Positions 42,910-56,825 of a DNA stretch of 64,000 nucleotides are shown piece after piece. The position numbers were made by a program, and so were the translations under genes. Location: positions 187,371,741 through 187,435,740 of the forward strand of contig CM041465.1 in NCBI GenBank assembly GCA_023213395.1. Direction: 5' to 3'. Source of the stretch: Cycas panzhihuaensis (Eukaryota > Plantae > Cycadophyta). Numbering within the stretch: the stretch's first letter is position 1; each line of letters opens with the position of its first letter. The notes under the pieces are model-generated. The model did not search any database and had not been told where the DNA came from. It was given only the letters and a program-made list of their open reading frames with translations.

Positions 42910-43306
42910 TGTTATACAACTATATATTGTTAGTAGAACTAGAGTAGTAGCACATGTAACTAAGGAACCAAGCAATTAAGTGCTAGTTATTAACTTTTAT
43001 GCATGGGCCATTTAAGTCTACTAATGAAATGAAAGGTCATTTAGCCTGCCAATGAGATTTTATGGAAAATACCCTCTTTTGTTAATTTAAAGTTCATGGA
43101 TTATAAAAGGAGGTTATTATGTAAATATTTTCTTTAAGAGAATTATACTACAATATATTTAGTCATCAATAATGATCTTTTAGCACTTTTTTATGTACTT
43201 CACTTATATAATTAGATTCCATTATCAATAGAAAGTATTGCATTTACTATATATTTCCTATTATTATTTCTGTATGTGAAAGAAATATTAGGAAAGTCAT
43301 GTCCTA
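42910..43306 (+). repeat. 5' LTR of F
   Basis: Direct repeat of 50938-51334. Confidence 0.92.
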
Positions 43307-44040
43307 AGTGGTATGAGAATTGAGTTGTAAATCATCCATGATAGCAAAATAAGATCAAGAGAAAGTAAGAGTAATAAAAGGAGTAGAAAAATAGGACTTT
43401 TTTTTTTTTCCATGGTGAAATTTTACAAGCCCTATCTCTTGTATTAATTTCTACTTTCTAGTTCTACTACAAATCTGTAAACTTCTACAATAAGTTGTAA
43501 GTAGGCAACAAACCCTCACCCCTTATCCCTTAGCTATTAGGTATAGACCCTATGTCAAGGGTCTCTAAACATCATAGGGATCTTTCATTTTGGGCCAAGC
43601 ATATGTGGGTATATGCCTATGCGTGAAATGAAGCAAATCATATTACTTATGAAGGCCTTAAAAAGAACTTAACTATAGAATTGAGTCTCCATGTACTTTT
43701 AAGTATAATAGAGGACCCTTATAGGTTTCCTTGCCTTACCTAGTATTAAAACATTTGTCAGTTGCCTATCCTGTGTAGTACATTGATTAATAAATAGCAT
43801 TAAGAAGTTACTTCTCACAAACATCCCAACATGATTATCGCAACTATAAGAATGAAGTTCCTTTATAGTTAGTGCTTTAAGAGATTAGGTTGAGTAGTAG
43901 TAATAATTAAGAAGTTTATTAAGAGGCTTATAGTATTAGATATACCTATTTCTTAAGTCCTAAGTATTTCTAAATATAATACAAAATTACTGAGATGATT
44001 ATATGTTTAAATATAAATTGTTAAAACTGATCTACTTCTT

Positions 44041-45918
44041 TGTAGCTTGGGAGAAAGTCTGCCTCCTTAAGCGAGCAGGTGGTCTCAACATGAAAGATAT
44101 TTCTTGCTTCAATATGGATTTGGTGGTAAAACTTGGTTGGAACCTTACTAAGGAGGAAAATAAATTCAAGTGTAGAACTATTACTCAGAAATATCTTAGA
44201 CATATAAAGTACCTGATGGATGAACTCTCTGGGAAGGGAGGTTCCAAGATCTGGAGAAGCCTTATATTTGTGAGGAAGATGCTTATGGCAGGTATCGAGT
44301 GGATCTTGGGGAATGGAGGAAGAATTAAAATCTGGGAGGATGTTTGGTGTGGAAGGCCTATATTGAAGGAGAGACCCTCCTTAGGTGCACTCCAGAATAT
44401 CTGAGAGAGGTCCTATTGGAGGAAGGTTAAAGATTATTGGGAAAATTGTGGAGGTGCAAAGATTTGGAGAAGCTTTGAGGACCTTTCCCATGAGTCTATG
44501 TGTAGGGATCAAATCACCTCCTTGAGATTTGAGCTTGAAAAAGGCTATATTCCTAAATTCCCCAAGGAAGATATGATGGTTTGGCCTGGGGTTCCCTCTA
44601 GGGACTACTCGGTGAAGACGAGTTATTTGTCTCTACTATTTAAAAGAGGCCTTAGTAATAATAAAGTACTTAGGGGAGTTTGAAATTTGGGATTAATCCC
44701 TAAGGTAGCTATCTTTTGGTGGTTGTGTCTAAAAAATAAAATCTTAACAACTGACAACCTGAAGAAAAGAGGATTTGTTATAGCAAGCAGATGCATTCTA
44801 TGTAGAGAGGAGGAGGAGGAGTCCCTCGATCATATTATGCTTCATTGCCCCTATTCCAAGGAGTTATAGAAGTTAATGTGGAATGCCCTTGGGGTGGATT
44901 GGCTCCTTCTAGGTATAGTGTGGGATCTGGCTTCCTCTTAGACTTGCCCTTTTATAAGTAGAGTTCTAAAGTCTGTTTGGTATACATATGTTCTAGTGAT
45001 GATGTGGAATCTCTAGAAAGAAACAAACAAAAGAAATTTCAAGATAAACATATGGATGAACCTAAGATTTTTGGGATTATATTAGGGGGCCTAAAAGAGA
45101 CCTTGAATGAGGAAGAGGAAAATATAATCATTCTTGACAAAAGAACAATTATGGAAAAATGGGGGATAAGCGTTAAGGTTAAATTGAAACCAATGAGGAA
45201 GTGCAAACGAATCCCCTTGCCTGTTGATTGGGTGAATGTCAACTTTGATGGAGCTATAAAAGAAAACCCTAGAGAAGCATGTGGAGGTGAGGTGTGCAGG
45301 AATACAGATAAGAGGGTGATATGGGCCTTTTCGAACTATTATGGTTCTCAAACCAATCACTGAGCTAAGTTGGAAGCTATGTGTAAAGTGGTGGATATGA
45401 TTTTATAGGAGGTCCATGATAGGGTCATTCTTAAAGGGGATTCATTGAATATAATAAAGTTAATTAGGAGGAAACTAACTTAGATTGGAGATACAAAACC
45501 CGAATAAACAATGCTAAGGAGATCCTCATGAGAAGAGCTGGCACCTAGATGATCCACACCTATAGAGAAGATAATAGTGTTGTAGATGAGCTAGCCAACT
45601 AGGGAGTTTAGGCTAAAAGGTATGAACTTTGGAAGGATATGATCCCTAAGGGGATTCTAGATCTGGTTAGGAAGGATACAGAGGGTTTTGATACCAGGCT
45701 GGTTTGCTAGCCTTTGGGTATGTCATGACATATTATAGTTAGCCACCATTCTTGTTGATGGTATGGGAGGGCATGTAGGTGGGCTTAGAGGTGGGATTCA
45801 ACTAGGCCATGGACTTGTTATGATAGTTTCTTAAGGCTTGATTGGCAGATGATGTAAGGGGTTGGGGTCCCCTCCAAAATCCTCCATTAATTTAAACCTT
45901 ATAAAAAAAAAAAAAAAA
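44041..45918 (+). mobile_element. 5'-truncated plant L1-clade LINE (ORF2 C-terminus with zf-RVT and RNase H)
   Basis: VAWEKVC..K..GGL, GNG.RIKIWEDVW, zinc finger RCILC...ESLDHIMLHC, RNase H NFDGA...GDS...HTYRE.N..VDELAN. Poly(A) at 45903-45918. TSD TGATCTACTTC(T/C)T at 44028-44040 and 45919-45931. Confidence 0.95.
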
Positions 45919-46579
45919 TGATCTACTTCCTATAACAATCCTAAAATATTGTAATAGTACCATCCTATAATACCATAATAATATAACCATCCAATACAAT
46001 AACAACATAAACATATAATATAAATACCAAAGTCTAAATATTTCATATCCAAACCTTCACTCTAGTTCTTAAGTTTACTACCTAGTGGGGTTTAACCTTT
46101 AGTCTAGTGTCCACCTCTTAAAAATAAAAGAAAGAGTTCATAGAGTCACTTTAGTGAATACTTATCTGATTCAAATGAAACCTACATTGATAGTCTCTAA
46201 GGGGGAAAAAGTCCATAGCTCAAAAACTACCTTACAACTTCATATATCTTATTTGATTAATGCATTACACTAATCATTTTCTACTAGGTTAGTTTCAACT
46301 ATTATTTTTAGAAAAAACTAGTTTTAGTATCAACTAGTTTCAACTGTTAGTATCCATTCTATTTATCTATTCCCTGATTTAGTAAATCTTACCAATCTCA
46401 TTTTCTTATATCATTCTCCTCTTACTTATGTCTCTCTTTTTATAATCCCTTCCTATCTTAATGATGGCTCCCACTTAGGTAGATAGAATCCTCACATTAG
46501 AAACTTAGTTCTTTGAACTTAAAAAGAGGTAAAGGCTAACATATCTTCTCTCACATCAAAGTCTGACATCATTACACTC

Positions 46580-49500
46580 ATGAACCAGAAGATATAGTTG
46601 TCAGCTTAAATGTCACAATCATCCTCTTATTCTATAGGAAACATTCCATAACTAATAGATAATCCTCCACCCCATCAAATTGGTAATCCTCCTCCATGAT
46701 AGCAATAACTTCATTATAAAATAAACATCTCTACTTTTAATTTAGATCTTAACAGGGACAATATATGAAGTTGGATGAGTAAGCTAGAGTCTTATTTTCC
46801 CCTCATTCTAATATTTGTTCACAATTAGTTAATTTTTATATTCATTCACATCAATGGTAAAGCATATCACTGGCTTTATTAGTGGTAATAACAATACCCT
46901 ATAAATTATACATGGCCACACTTCTCTGGTAATTTCTTTGACCAATATGAAGAAACCTAAAACCAATCTTTCTTCAACCAGCTGACAATATTGAAACAAA
47001 TGTCATTGATAGAAGTCTATGTAGATGTATTCTAAACTTTATAGAATCGCATTAGATATAATTTGGATAAGTGGATAATGATCAATACATATGTCATGGG
47101 ACTAAAAGAGAGGATCCAAATATGCCTAAAAACTTTATTACTACTAAGTTTGAAAGAAACTATAATAATGGCCAGAGTGGTTGAGGAAAAATTCACAATG
47201 GAAAGGACATCTTCCTTTTTACGAGACTCCACATGGCAATAATGACCACAATAAGCCAAGTTCCAACGATAATGACCACAATTTGATGATTCACAAAGAT
47301 CTATAGTAGAACATACTTTTGAAGAGTCTTTAACAAAATCAATCCAAGTTCTACTACTAGAAGCACATTGACATAGGGAAACTAACCTCTGTATCTAATT
47401 CTTAGAGAAATAGACCCCCAAATATAGTATAGTCTATAAGGTCAAGAGAATAATATTTGTAATTAATCTCAACATATCCCTCAAAGGTGATTCTAACTAA
47501 GAATTTAAAGAAGAACCCCCCTCATAGCCTTCTTTAAACCCTAAGCTAGAATCCTTCTTATTTGTTGTAGCCATTACTTTGTATCTTGATCCATTATGTG
47601 TCAAAGTAACCCTTAAGAAAACCCCTATTACCATCTTGATAAAGAGTGGCACATCACTAAACTTCGTCAATATTTCTTTAGCCAGACAACTTAATCTTTA
47701 TATTATGCTAAAAACATATATTTGCTTGCTCCTTTCTAAGACATTATACTCTTTATTATGTAGGAATAATTAAGAACATTATCATTCAAATTGGCTCTTA
47801 TAGAATGGATCTAGATTTTTATGCCTTGTCCATTGGTGATTCAGATGTTATCCTTAAAGTCTAGCAGCTTAAAACCCTAGGAACCTATAATACTCATAAG
47901 CCTCCCTTTAATCCATTTATTCTATTTAGGGACAATATGGGATAGACCCATAAACTCCATGGGATGCAACCTCCCCTAAATAAACTAGTTTCTTTAAATT
48001 GAATGCATAAGCGACTAAATAATAATATTAGATAGATAGTATGTATCAATAACATCCAAGCCTACACAGATGTTCACTTAGATATATAACATATTCTTAA
48101 TCAATATCAGGTTGTTTTTACCTCGTTACTAACTAGCCCTTACTAGATTATGGGTGTTACTACACCATTGAGTTAAAAAGTTCCCATGACCCTATTAATC
48201 TTTGGCCTTGCATAAATTTATATTTCTAGAAAAATAAAATAGAAAATATTACTAATGAACTAATGGAAATGGGAAGAGTCCAACCTAGTTAGAGCTCATA
48301 TACTACCTTTATTATGTTAGTTCAAAAAATGAATGGTCCCTTTAGCCTTTATGTTGATCATTATGAGCTCAATAAAATAATTATTAAAACAAAAAAAAAA
48401 TCCTAACCTTGAGAATTAATGATATGGTGGTTGAAGTTCATGGTGCCATGATTTTTACCAAACTAAATCTCTAATCAAGGTACTATTAAATTCCTATTGC
48501 ACTTAAAAAATGACACAAGACAACCTTATGGATATGTCATAGCCATTTTGAGTTCCACATAATTCCTTCCAGCTTGTGTAATGCTCTAGCCACCTTTCCA
48601 TCTTTAATGAACAAGACTTTTATCACATTTTTTAGAAATTATGTCATTATTTTCTTTAATGATATTCTCATCTATAACATGAGTATGCCTCTTCATATTT
48701 ACCATTTAAAAATAATTTTATGGATTTTGGCTAGGTACCAATTATATACTAAACTCTCCAAATATAAGTTTAGTAAATCTGAATAATAATACCTAGGCTA
48801 TATTATCTCTTTGAAAGGTGTTTGATTTGATTTTAATTAAATATTAGTCATTACAAATTGGCCAACACCTAGAAACCTCACATAATTGTATGCCTTCTTA
48901 GGACTTATAGAGTTCTATCAATGCTTCATCCATAATTATGCAACTTTAGTAGCCACATTAACTAAAATACTTTGAAAAGATTCTTTTCCATGGTCACCAA
49001 TTGCTAATGATGCCTTTAATTATCTTAAAGAAGTCATGTCCTCCACTTTAGTTTTGGTCACACTAGACTTCTCTCAACATTTTCAATGAGAATGTAATAC
49101 ATTAATATTTGGCTCGGGTGTAGTTCTCATGAAAAACCTTCACCCAATTATATTCGAGAGTAAAAAACTCCAAGACTATGAATGTCAATTATCAATATAC
49201 TAAAAAGAAATGAAGCCTATTCTCCATGCCTTGATAAATGGCATCAATATCTAATCATCTCAAAATTCACTATCCTAATAGACCACCATAGCCTTCATTG
49301 CCTATTAGACCAACCAGTTCTATCTAAAGAATAGGCCAAGTGGGTTGATTACCTCAAAGTCTTTGATTTCATGATTACATACAAAAAAGGTAAAGACAAT
49401 GTAGTAGTATATGATCTCTCTTGTCTTTCTACCCCTCTAACTGAACCTTCCATTATCCCTCTAATTGAGTCTTCCATTCATGCAATTTCCATGCTACAAC

Positions 49501-50910
49501 CAATATGGATATAGGAATTAGCCTTGCACAACCAATCCCAATTAGATTATGCAAAATGGGTTAACAAAATTCATACTTAAAAGGATTAGTCCATATATAA
49601 CAACCTTCTCTTATCTAAAAATTGCATATTTATTAATGTTACATCAATCTTTATTCCTCAAATTCTATTGGAATACAACTCTAATCCATTGGGAGGTCAT
49701 TTAGGATTTGATATAATATATCAATGACTTTGTTCTAGTTCCTTTCAGCCATACATGAAATCATTTATTCTTATATTTTTCTTAGAATATAACTCATATC
49801 AGTGTAACAAAGCTAATATTAAGGCTCAATAAGAACTCATATAAACCCTTAACATTCCATAAGGGAAATGGCAAGGTATTGTAATGGACTTTAAGTCTAC
49901 CCCTATTTATTGGATATGATTCCATATTGGTAGTCATTGATATGTTAACAAAATATACATAATTTTTATCAGTCCATACTTTATGTAAAGCACCTCACAT
50001 TATAGATATTTTCCTCTAAATAATATTTTATTTACATGAGCTTCTATTAACTATAGTTTGTGACTAAGATCCCAATTTTACTAATTCATTTTGGTAGGAA
50101 CTCTAGAACTCTTTCAAGCATTAGGAATCTCATTCAACATGAGTTCTACATATCACCCATAAACTAATGACCAGCTAATTAATAAAACACTTGAGACTTA
50201 CTTATGCTATTTTGCATCTAACCACTGGACAAAATAGACAACATAGGTAGTGCTTATAGAATATTAGTATAATTCATCTCACCACTCATCCATAAGGATG
50301 TCCCTATTTATGGCCCTTTATGGTTACCCTCTACCATGATACCATACTTTAGCCACCAACCTTTAAATTGCTACATTACAATAATAGTAACAACATAGAG
50401 ACTAGGTTTTAAGCACCCTCAAGCAAAAATTAGTTGTTGCCTATAATCAAATAAAGCAATTAATAGATTTCTATTGTTTCGATTTCTCTTTCACCATTGG
50501 TGATCTTGTGTTCCTCTATCTTCAACTATATAAGCAATAATCCCTCAAACACCAAAAGAACCACAAACTTAACTCTTGATAATATGGCCCTTACAAAATT
50601 CTCCAATATATTAATAAAGTTACTTATGCATTGGAACTCCTTCTAAACACTAAGATCTATAATATTTTCTATGTTTCATGTCTCAAGAAATATCTTGGCA
50701 AAATGGTGGCTCCCCAAACATTCCTACTAGTTCTAGATGAAGAGCAAATTCTCACCATTCAACTAGAACATATCTTGGTAAACAAATATTATCATCTTCG
50801 TAACATGACAATTATTGAGTATTTGGTATAGTAGGTCAACTGCAAACCTAATGGTGTAATATAGGAAATAGTTGATTTTATCAAGAAGCATCCATATCTC
50901 CTTCACTTTG
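46580..50910 (+). pseudogene. gag-pol: Gypsy gag-pol of F
   Basis: Protease ILIKSGTSLNFV. RT CNALATF...IIFFNDILIY. RH FESKKL. INT GGHLG, YGPYKI, IYNIFYVSCLKK. Chromodomain IEYLV. Many stops. Confidence 0.88.
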
Positions 50911-50937
50911 AGAATCAACATCTTAGGGAAGGGGACT

Positions 50938-51334
50938 TGTTACATAACTACATGCTATTAGTAGAATCATAATAATAGCACTTGTGACTAAGGCACTAGG
51001 TAGTTAAGCATTAGTTATTAACTTTTATACATGGGTCATTTAAGTCCACCAATGAAATGAAAGACCATTTGGTCCACCAATGAGATTTTATGGAAAAGAC
51101 CTTATTTTTTCTATTTAAAGGTTGTAGATTATAGAAGGAGGTTGTTGTGTAATTATTTTTCTTTAGAGAATCATGCTACAATACTTTTAATTTTTAAAAG
51201 TGATCATTTTGTACTTTTGTGTATATGTCACTTGTATAATCAAATTTTGTTATCAACAAAAAGTGTTGCATTTACTTTCTATTTTCTATTATTATTTTCA
51301 TATGTGAGAGAACTATTAGGAAAGTCATATCCCA
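50938..51334 (+). repeat. 3' LTR of F
   Basis: TGTTAC...ATCCCA followed by the TSD ATAGG. Confidence 0.92.
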
Positions 51335-52414
51335 ATAGGCTTTTGTTAGGTGGTATATATGGGATTCTATAAGGCCATGCATCATGGAAATTCAAGAGGA
51401 ACTATAAGTTAGCAAATGAAATGGAAGAAAGCATAATATGACTTAAGTTATGGTAGTTACCTCATTAAAGTTGATCTATTACTCTAATTTTTTAGCTAAT
51501 TCTTCTTTACACTACTTTAATGCAAAATCTTCCTTATTTAATTTATGCATCTTAATTAATTTCCTTTTAGATTGCATCCTAGTGGACTCTTTTTCTTTGA
51601 TATCTTGTTCTTATATATATTATACTTCTTCCATTCCTAATCTATATGTTTCTTTAAGGTATCTTACCTATAATATCATGGCTAGTCATGTAAGGACTAA
51701 CCCATAGGAATGTACTATTGATTTTTATGATTCTTTCTTATCATCATCGTTTGACTCATCTTTTTCTTTAATCCTTGATCTCCCTTGTGAAATGGTTTCT
51801 TATTACAAAAATATTTTACTATATAGGTTGTATCTATCATCCTATCTATTGGCTATGATTTTAACTTGAAGAAATGAGAATAATATTTAATGTACAACTA
51901 TAAGAGACTCATTATTATTAATTTATTACAACCTTAAAGAATATACCAATAGTATATCACACCTTGCAAAGTACTTAAACCTTTTCAAATCACAATAACA
52001 AGCCAGAAAAATATAGGGAAAAAAAAAAAACTCATAAGAAAGGTAAAAGTATAGCTTTACTAAGGGTTGTAGATGGATATAATATTATCCCTCATTAAGA
52101 ACTCTTAAAATACTAACTACATATGGCCTATTTACTTAAAAGTGGAGTCCTTAAAACTCTAAAAATAAAACATGTTAATTTTGAAGTTTTGGAGCTTACA
52201 GTTATACTATTATATTGTCCTTTTTACTAACACACTAGTAATATCTTTATTATTTTATAATAGATGGGAATTTTTTTAAATCCTAAATAAAAGGTTATAT
52301 AATGGGTATTATATGAAAATTATTTATGGCTCTTCTAAAGATCTACATCTTCCAAGGTTAATATAATCTTTCAATGATTTCTTGTGATTATTGTTACCCC
52401 CCTTAGAGCACTGC

Positions 52415-53096
52415 TATAACATTCTAAAATATGTCAAAACTATATCTTATGACCATTCAAAGCAAAGGTCTTTCAATGAGGATTCCAATAATTCATATAA
52501 AAGTTAATTCCAACATCTGTATCAAAAGTTATAACCATTTAAATTTTTTAGTCTGCTAGTTTTTTGAGAAGTTCTAGTCGACTTCTATTTGAGCAGTATT
52601 AAGGAGAATATCACCTAGTTTGGCCAACTTCTATTTGAGTGGTATTAAGGAGAATATCACCCAGTTTGGATAACTTCTATTTGAATAGTATTAAGGAGAA
52701 TATCACTCAGTTTAGTCGACTTCTGTTCTTAGTATTTTGTTCACTATAAATAGGAAGTTTGGGCTGCACCTCAAGGCATTATTTAGAGATTCCTTTGGCT
52801 ATATATTTTTGGTTCTAGGGCTATAATTAGTTTGCCCATTTGGGGGCTATAATTTGGAGGGTTCCTTACCTCGAAGAGGGAAGATTACTTCTTCAGGAAA
52901 GACTAGTATTTTGATGTAATTTCACTCTATTTTTGGTATTACTTAATAATAAAGATTACTATTTACTTCTATAGATCCTATAATTTCTATTCCTTATTCA
53001 TTTTTCTATTGAAAAGCATCTAGTTATTACCTTTCTATGGATTATTATCTATATTTTTTAGGAAAACTACTTTAAAAGTAGAACTAGATCACTATA
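52415..53096 (+). repeat. 5' LTR of G (682 bp, three 46-bp units)
   Basis: Direct repeat of 58370-59005; tandem units at 52581-52718. Confidence 0.92.
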
Positions 53097-53182
53097 AGTT
53101 ATATCAAAGCTTTATTTTATAGGGAAAAGGTAGAGGTAAAAACTTAAAATTCAAGCATTTTGACCCCCTAAGGGAAGCAAAA

Positions 53183-54226
53183 ATGGAATTAAGGTTAGGG
53201 AAAAACCTAATTCCTAAGAAGATAACAACCCAACCTAGAACCTTAGAGGAAAAAATTGAAGGTGCATTGGAATTAAACTAGAGTATAAGGGTTCTAATAA
53301 TCTTAATCCAGGAGTTACTAACAAAAGTGAATTAAGCAACACATAATGTATCAAGTGGAGAAATGGATAATATTAATGCATCAGGGATAGATCAGATGGA
53401 TGCCTAGAACAATCAAGAAAATCAAGGAAATGAGATTAAGAGATTCGATGAACAAGTTTACGAAGGAGAACTCCTAACATGGATAATGGATGGAAAGGGG
53501 CAAGATTATCTTTGGAAAAATTCAATCCAGAAATATCCAAGAATATCACTAATTGGGTCTTACAAATGGAAAACTATTTCAGGGTCTATAACTCCATAGT
53601 TAAGGAAAAAATAGAAATAACATCCTTATACTTAAATAGGAGGGCATTAAGGTGGTACTATCAGTGGTAAAAAATGAACTTACTAATGCAACATTCTTGG
53701 GAGAACCTAAGAGCAGGATTAGTAGAGTAATATTCTTGGAATATAGATTACTTCACTTATTTAATATGATTACATCAACAAGGAAAAGTCCAAGAGTACA
53801 TAGAATAGTTTAAAATGTTATAATGTATGGTCTTAGAAAAAATATTATAAGAATGTTTACTAGAGACTTATATCAGTGGATTAAAAAATCAGATCAAATT
53901 TAGAGTTAAAGTAGTAGATCCACCACAACTCTAAGTAGCAATTTGAATAGCAAGGAATGTGGAGGTAAAACTCAAAGATAGCAAACCAACATATACAAGG
54001 AGATATAAGCCACTAGCATATCAAACCCAGAATCCTAATGGGGCCAAATTAGGAATAAAAGTAGACCCCCCATTAGCTATAAGAAATATAGTAGAGAGCT
54101 TAGGAATAATAAAAGAGGAGAATATAAGGAAAGGGATGCATTTCAAGTGTGGAGGGTTAAGGCACAAGGGCAGAGAAGAGCATAACTATAAGGTAAACAT
54201 TATGAAAAATAAGAAAATCTCTATAT
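53183..54226 (+). pseudogene. gag: Gag of G
   Basis: LEKFN...WVLQMENYF...LYLNRRALRWY; QQGKVQEY; KGMHFKCG. Confidence 0.8.
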
Positions 54227-56825
54227 AAAGTAGGTGGTATTAAAAGAACACCATTAGGCCAAAAGAGCTTATATAAATAGTCAAGACATTGGGCAAGCCT
54301 TCCATTGACTGATGTTGGTATTCAAAAATACCATTTAAAATAAATAATAAAGTAATACATACTTGATGTCTAAGTCAGTTGATATCAGTTGTTACGGTCC
54401 TATGACATTCTAATGTAGCATGCATACTTAATGATAAAATAAATGAATATTATAGCTAACATTCTTCCCCATAATGTTCATTTTGTATAATTCTAAGATT
54501 TTCTCTAAATTTATAAAATTTGATTTTCCTTAGAGCCTTTGTAAAGATATCTACCACTTATTCATCTGTGCTATAATAAACTAATTCAATCTTGTTTGCT
54601 TGTATTAATCCCCTGATAAAGTGATTTTATGTTTTAATATGCTTCATTTGTCCATGAAACATTAGATTGTGTGTCATCATATGTGTAGGTCTATCATGTT
54701 TTATTTGTAAATCATAGAGTAATCAATGTAACCAAATTGTTTCACATGCTCTTGGTACTACTACTTTATACTCTACTTTTATAGTAGACAAAGAAGTTGT
54801 GTTTTACTTTTTGGTACTCTAAACAATTGAAGTTAACCCCATGCTGAAAGTGTAAATAGATATGGATTTCTTATTATCAATACAACCTACCCAATCTGAA
54901 TTAGTGTATCCAATCAACCTAAAGTTTGTCGAGGACTTATAATATAACCCATAAACAATTATACCTTTTAGGTAATAGAGTATTGTCTTTGCCACTTGCT
55001 AATGTGTTATCTTGGGTTTTTGCATAAACCTTGATACTATGCTTACTGAATACAAAATATTAAGATAAGTTGATGTTAGGTAGATTAAACTACCAATTAG
55101 TTACCTATAAAGTATAGGATCAACTGATGCAGAATCATCAAGCTTGGATAAATTTATCCCAATTTTTGTTGGTATAGCTAATGCCTTGAAATCATTTATC
55201 TTGAATTTTTGAAGTAAGTCTAATGTATATTTCCTTTGAGATATAAAAATACCATTTTTGTCTTTCCATACCTCCAAACCTAAGAAGTAATGCATAAGGC
55301 CTAAATCTATTATCTTGAACTCTTTATACATGTCATCTTTGAACTTTTGTGATAATTTAGAGTCATTTGTAATATAGGCTAAGTCATCAACATAGAGTCC
55401 CATAATAAGTATTGAGTTACTTTAATCCTTATAAATAAGTTAGGATCTAAATGACTTTGTTTGAACCCTTTGTCTCTGAAATATTTGTCTATCCTAGAGT
55501 ACTAAGCTCTAAGTGCTTATTTTAATCCATAAAAAACTTAAGTTTATACACCCTATTTTCTTCCCCCTTGACTTCAAAGCCTTTTGGTTGTTGGACATAG
55601 ATCTCCTCTTCTATATATCCATTTAGAAAGGCACTTTTAATGTCCATTTTGTTGGATGGTCCATCCCTTTTTTGCAATAAGACTTAACATAAAATGTATT
55701 GTTTCCATTTAAGCCATAAGAGCAAATGTTTTATTATAGTTAATTCCTTCGATTGGGGCATATCCTTTAGCTACTAACCTTGCTTTATGTTTATTAATAG
55801 ATCCATATGATTGGAATTTCATCTTGTACACCCATTTGGTACCAATTATAGATTTGTTGGAGGAAGATCAATTGGCTCCCAAGTGCTATTCTTAACCAAA
55901 GTTTTGTCCTCCTCCTTCATTACATTTTGCCATTCTTGTTTGGTATTAGCCTCTTCAAAGGTGTGAGGCTTATGCGATTCCATGACTTGGCTCATTAGGA
56001 TGAATTTGACCCTATTAGAATGTGTGGATCTCCTTTCAAAATTATTATTAAGCATATCTTTTAGGTCATATCATCTTTGTACCCAGTTTATAACAGTTTG
56101 AATAGATGCAGAAGGTTCAACTTCATTAGAACCTAATTTGTATAATGCTGACATATGTAAAGGCACATTTGTTGATATGGGATGTGAATCAAATTCCACG
56201 ATGACATTCTTTCCTTTATCCTTCTTATTTTTACATTATAATAATCATCCTCTTTGAAGACAACATCTCTACTCAAGATTATCTTCTTCTCCTTAGGGTC
56301 AGATAACTTATAAGATCTAGTCAAGTCATAATATCCTATAAATATATACTTGGTACACTTACAATCTAATTTTATTCTCTTTTACTTAAGTATATGAGTA
56401 AATACTAGGTAACCAAAGATTTTCAAATGATAAATACTAGGCTTGTATCTTATCCAAGCCTCTTTGGTGTAACCCACCTTAGTGCCTTAGTGGTATACCT
56501 ATTTAATAAATTGATGACTGTGTATATAACTTTTACCCAAAATTTATGCCTAAGTTGCTTGTCCATAAGCATGCACCTAGCCATCTCAATAATAATTCTA
56601 TTCTTCCTTTCTGATACTCCATTCTACTATGGAATGCATAGATTGGTGTATTATCTCCTTAAGCCATTATGGATACAAAATTCTTTGAATTCATTTGAGG
56701 TGAATTCTCCCCCATTATTTGATCTAAGAGGAGAGGATCTAATGTCCACTTTACTTCTCCAGAAGGGATTTAAAATCAATAAAACATTGATAAGCACTTG
56801 ATTTAAACTTTAGGAAATATACCTA
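54227..56825 (-). mobile_element. Copia fragment H (INT core-RT-RH-PPT-partial 3' LTR), related to A
   Basis: SRDVVFKEDDYY, FEEA...NSTWE, LYVDDL, DLGLMHYFLG. PPT at 54462-54475; LTR 54227-54461 is truncated. No gag or 5' LTR. Confidence 0.9.

Larger units (their letters stand above)
42910..51334 (+). mobile_element. Ty3/gypsy chromovirus F (short LTRs, Reina-like); contains an L1 LINE
   Basis: 397-bp LTRs at 42910-43306 and 50938-51334. Perfect TSD ATAGG. PBS-like TGGTATGAGA at 43309, PPT AGGGAAGGGGA at 50925-50935. Confidence 0.92.

Noticed and set aside
51829-52200. Possible solo LTR ending GCTTACA
   Set aside because: The flanks (TAGGT and GTTAT) do not form a TSD and no partner copy lies in the window.
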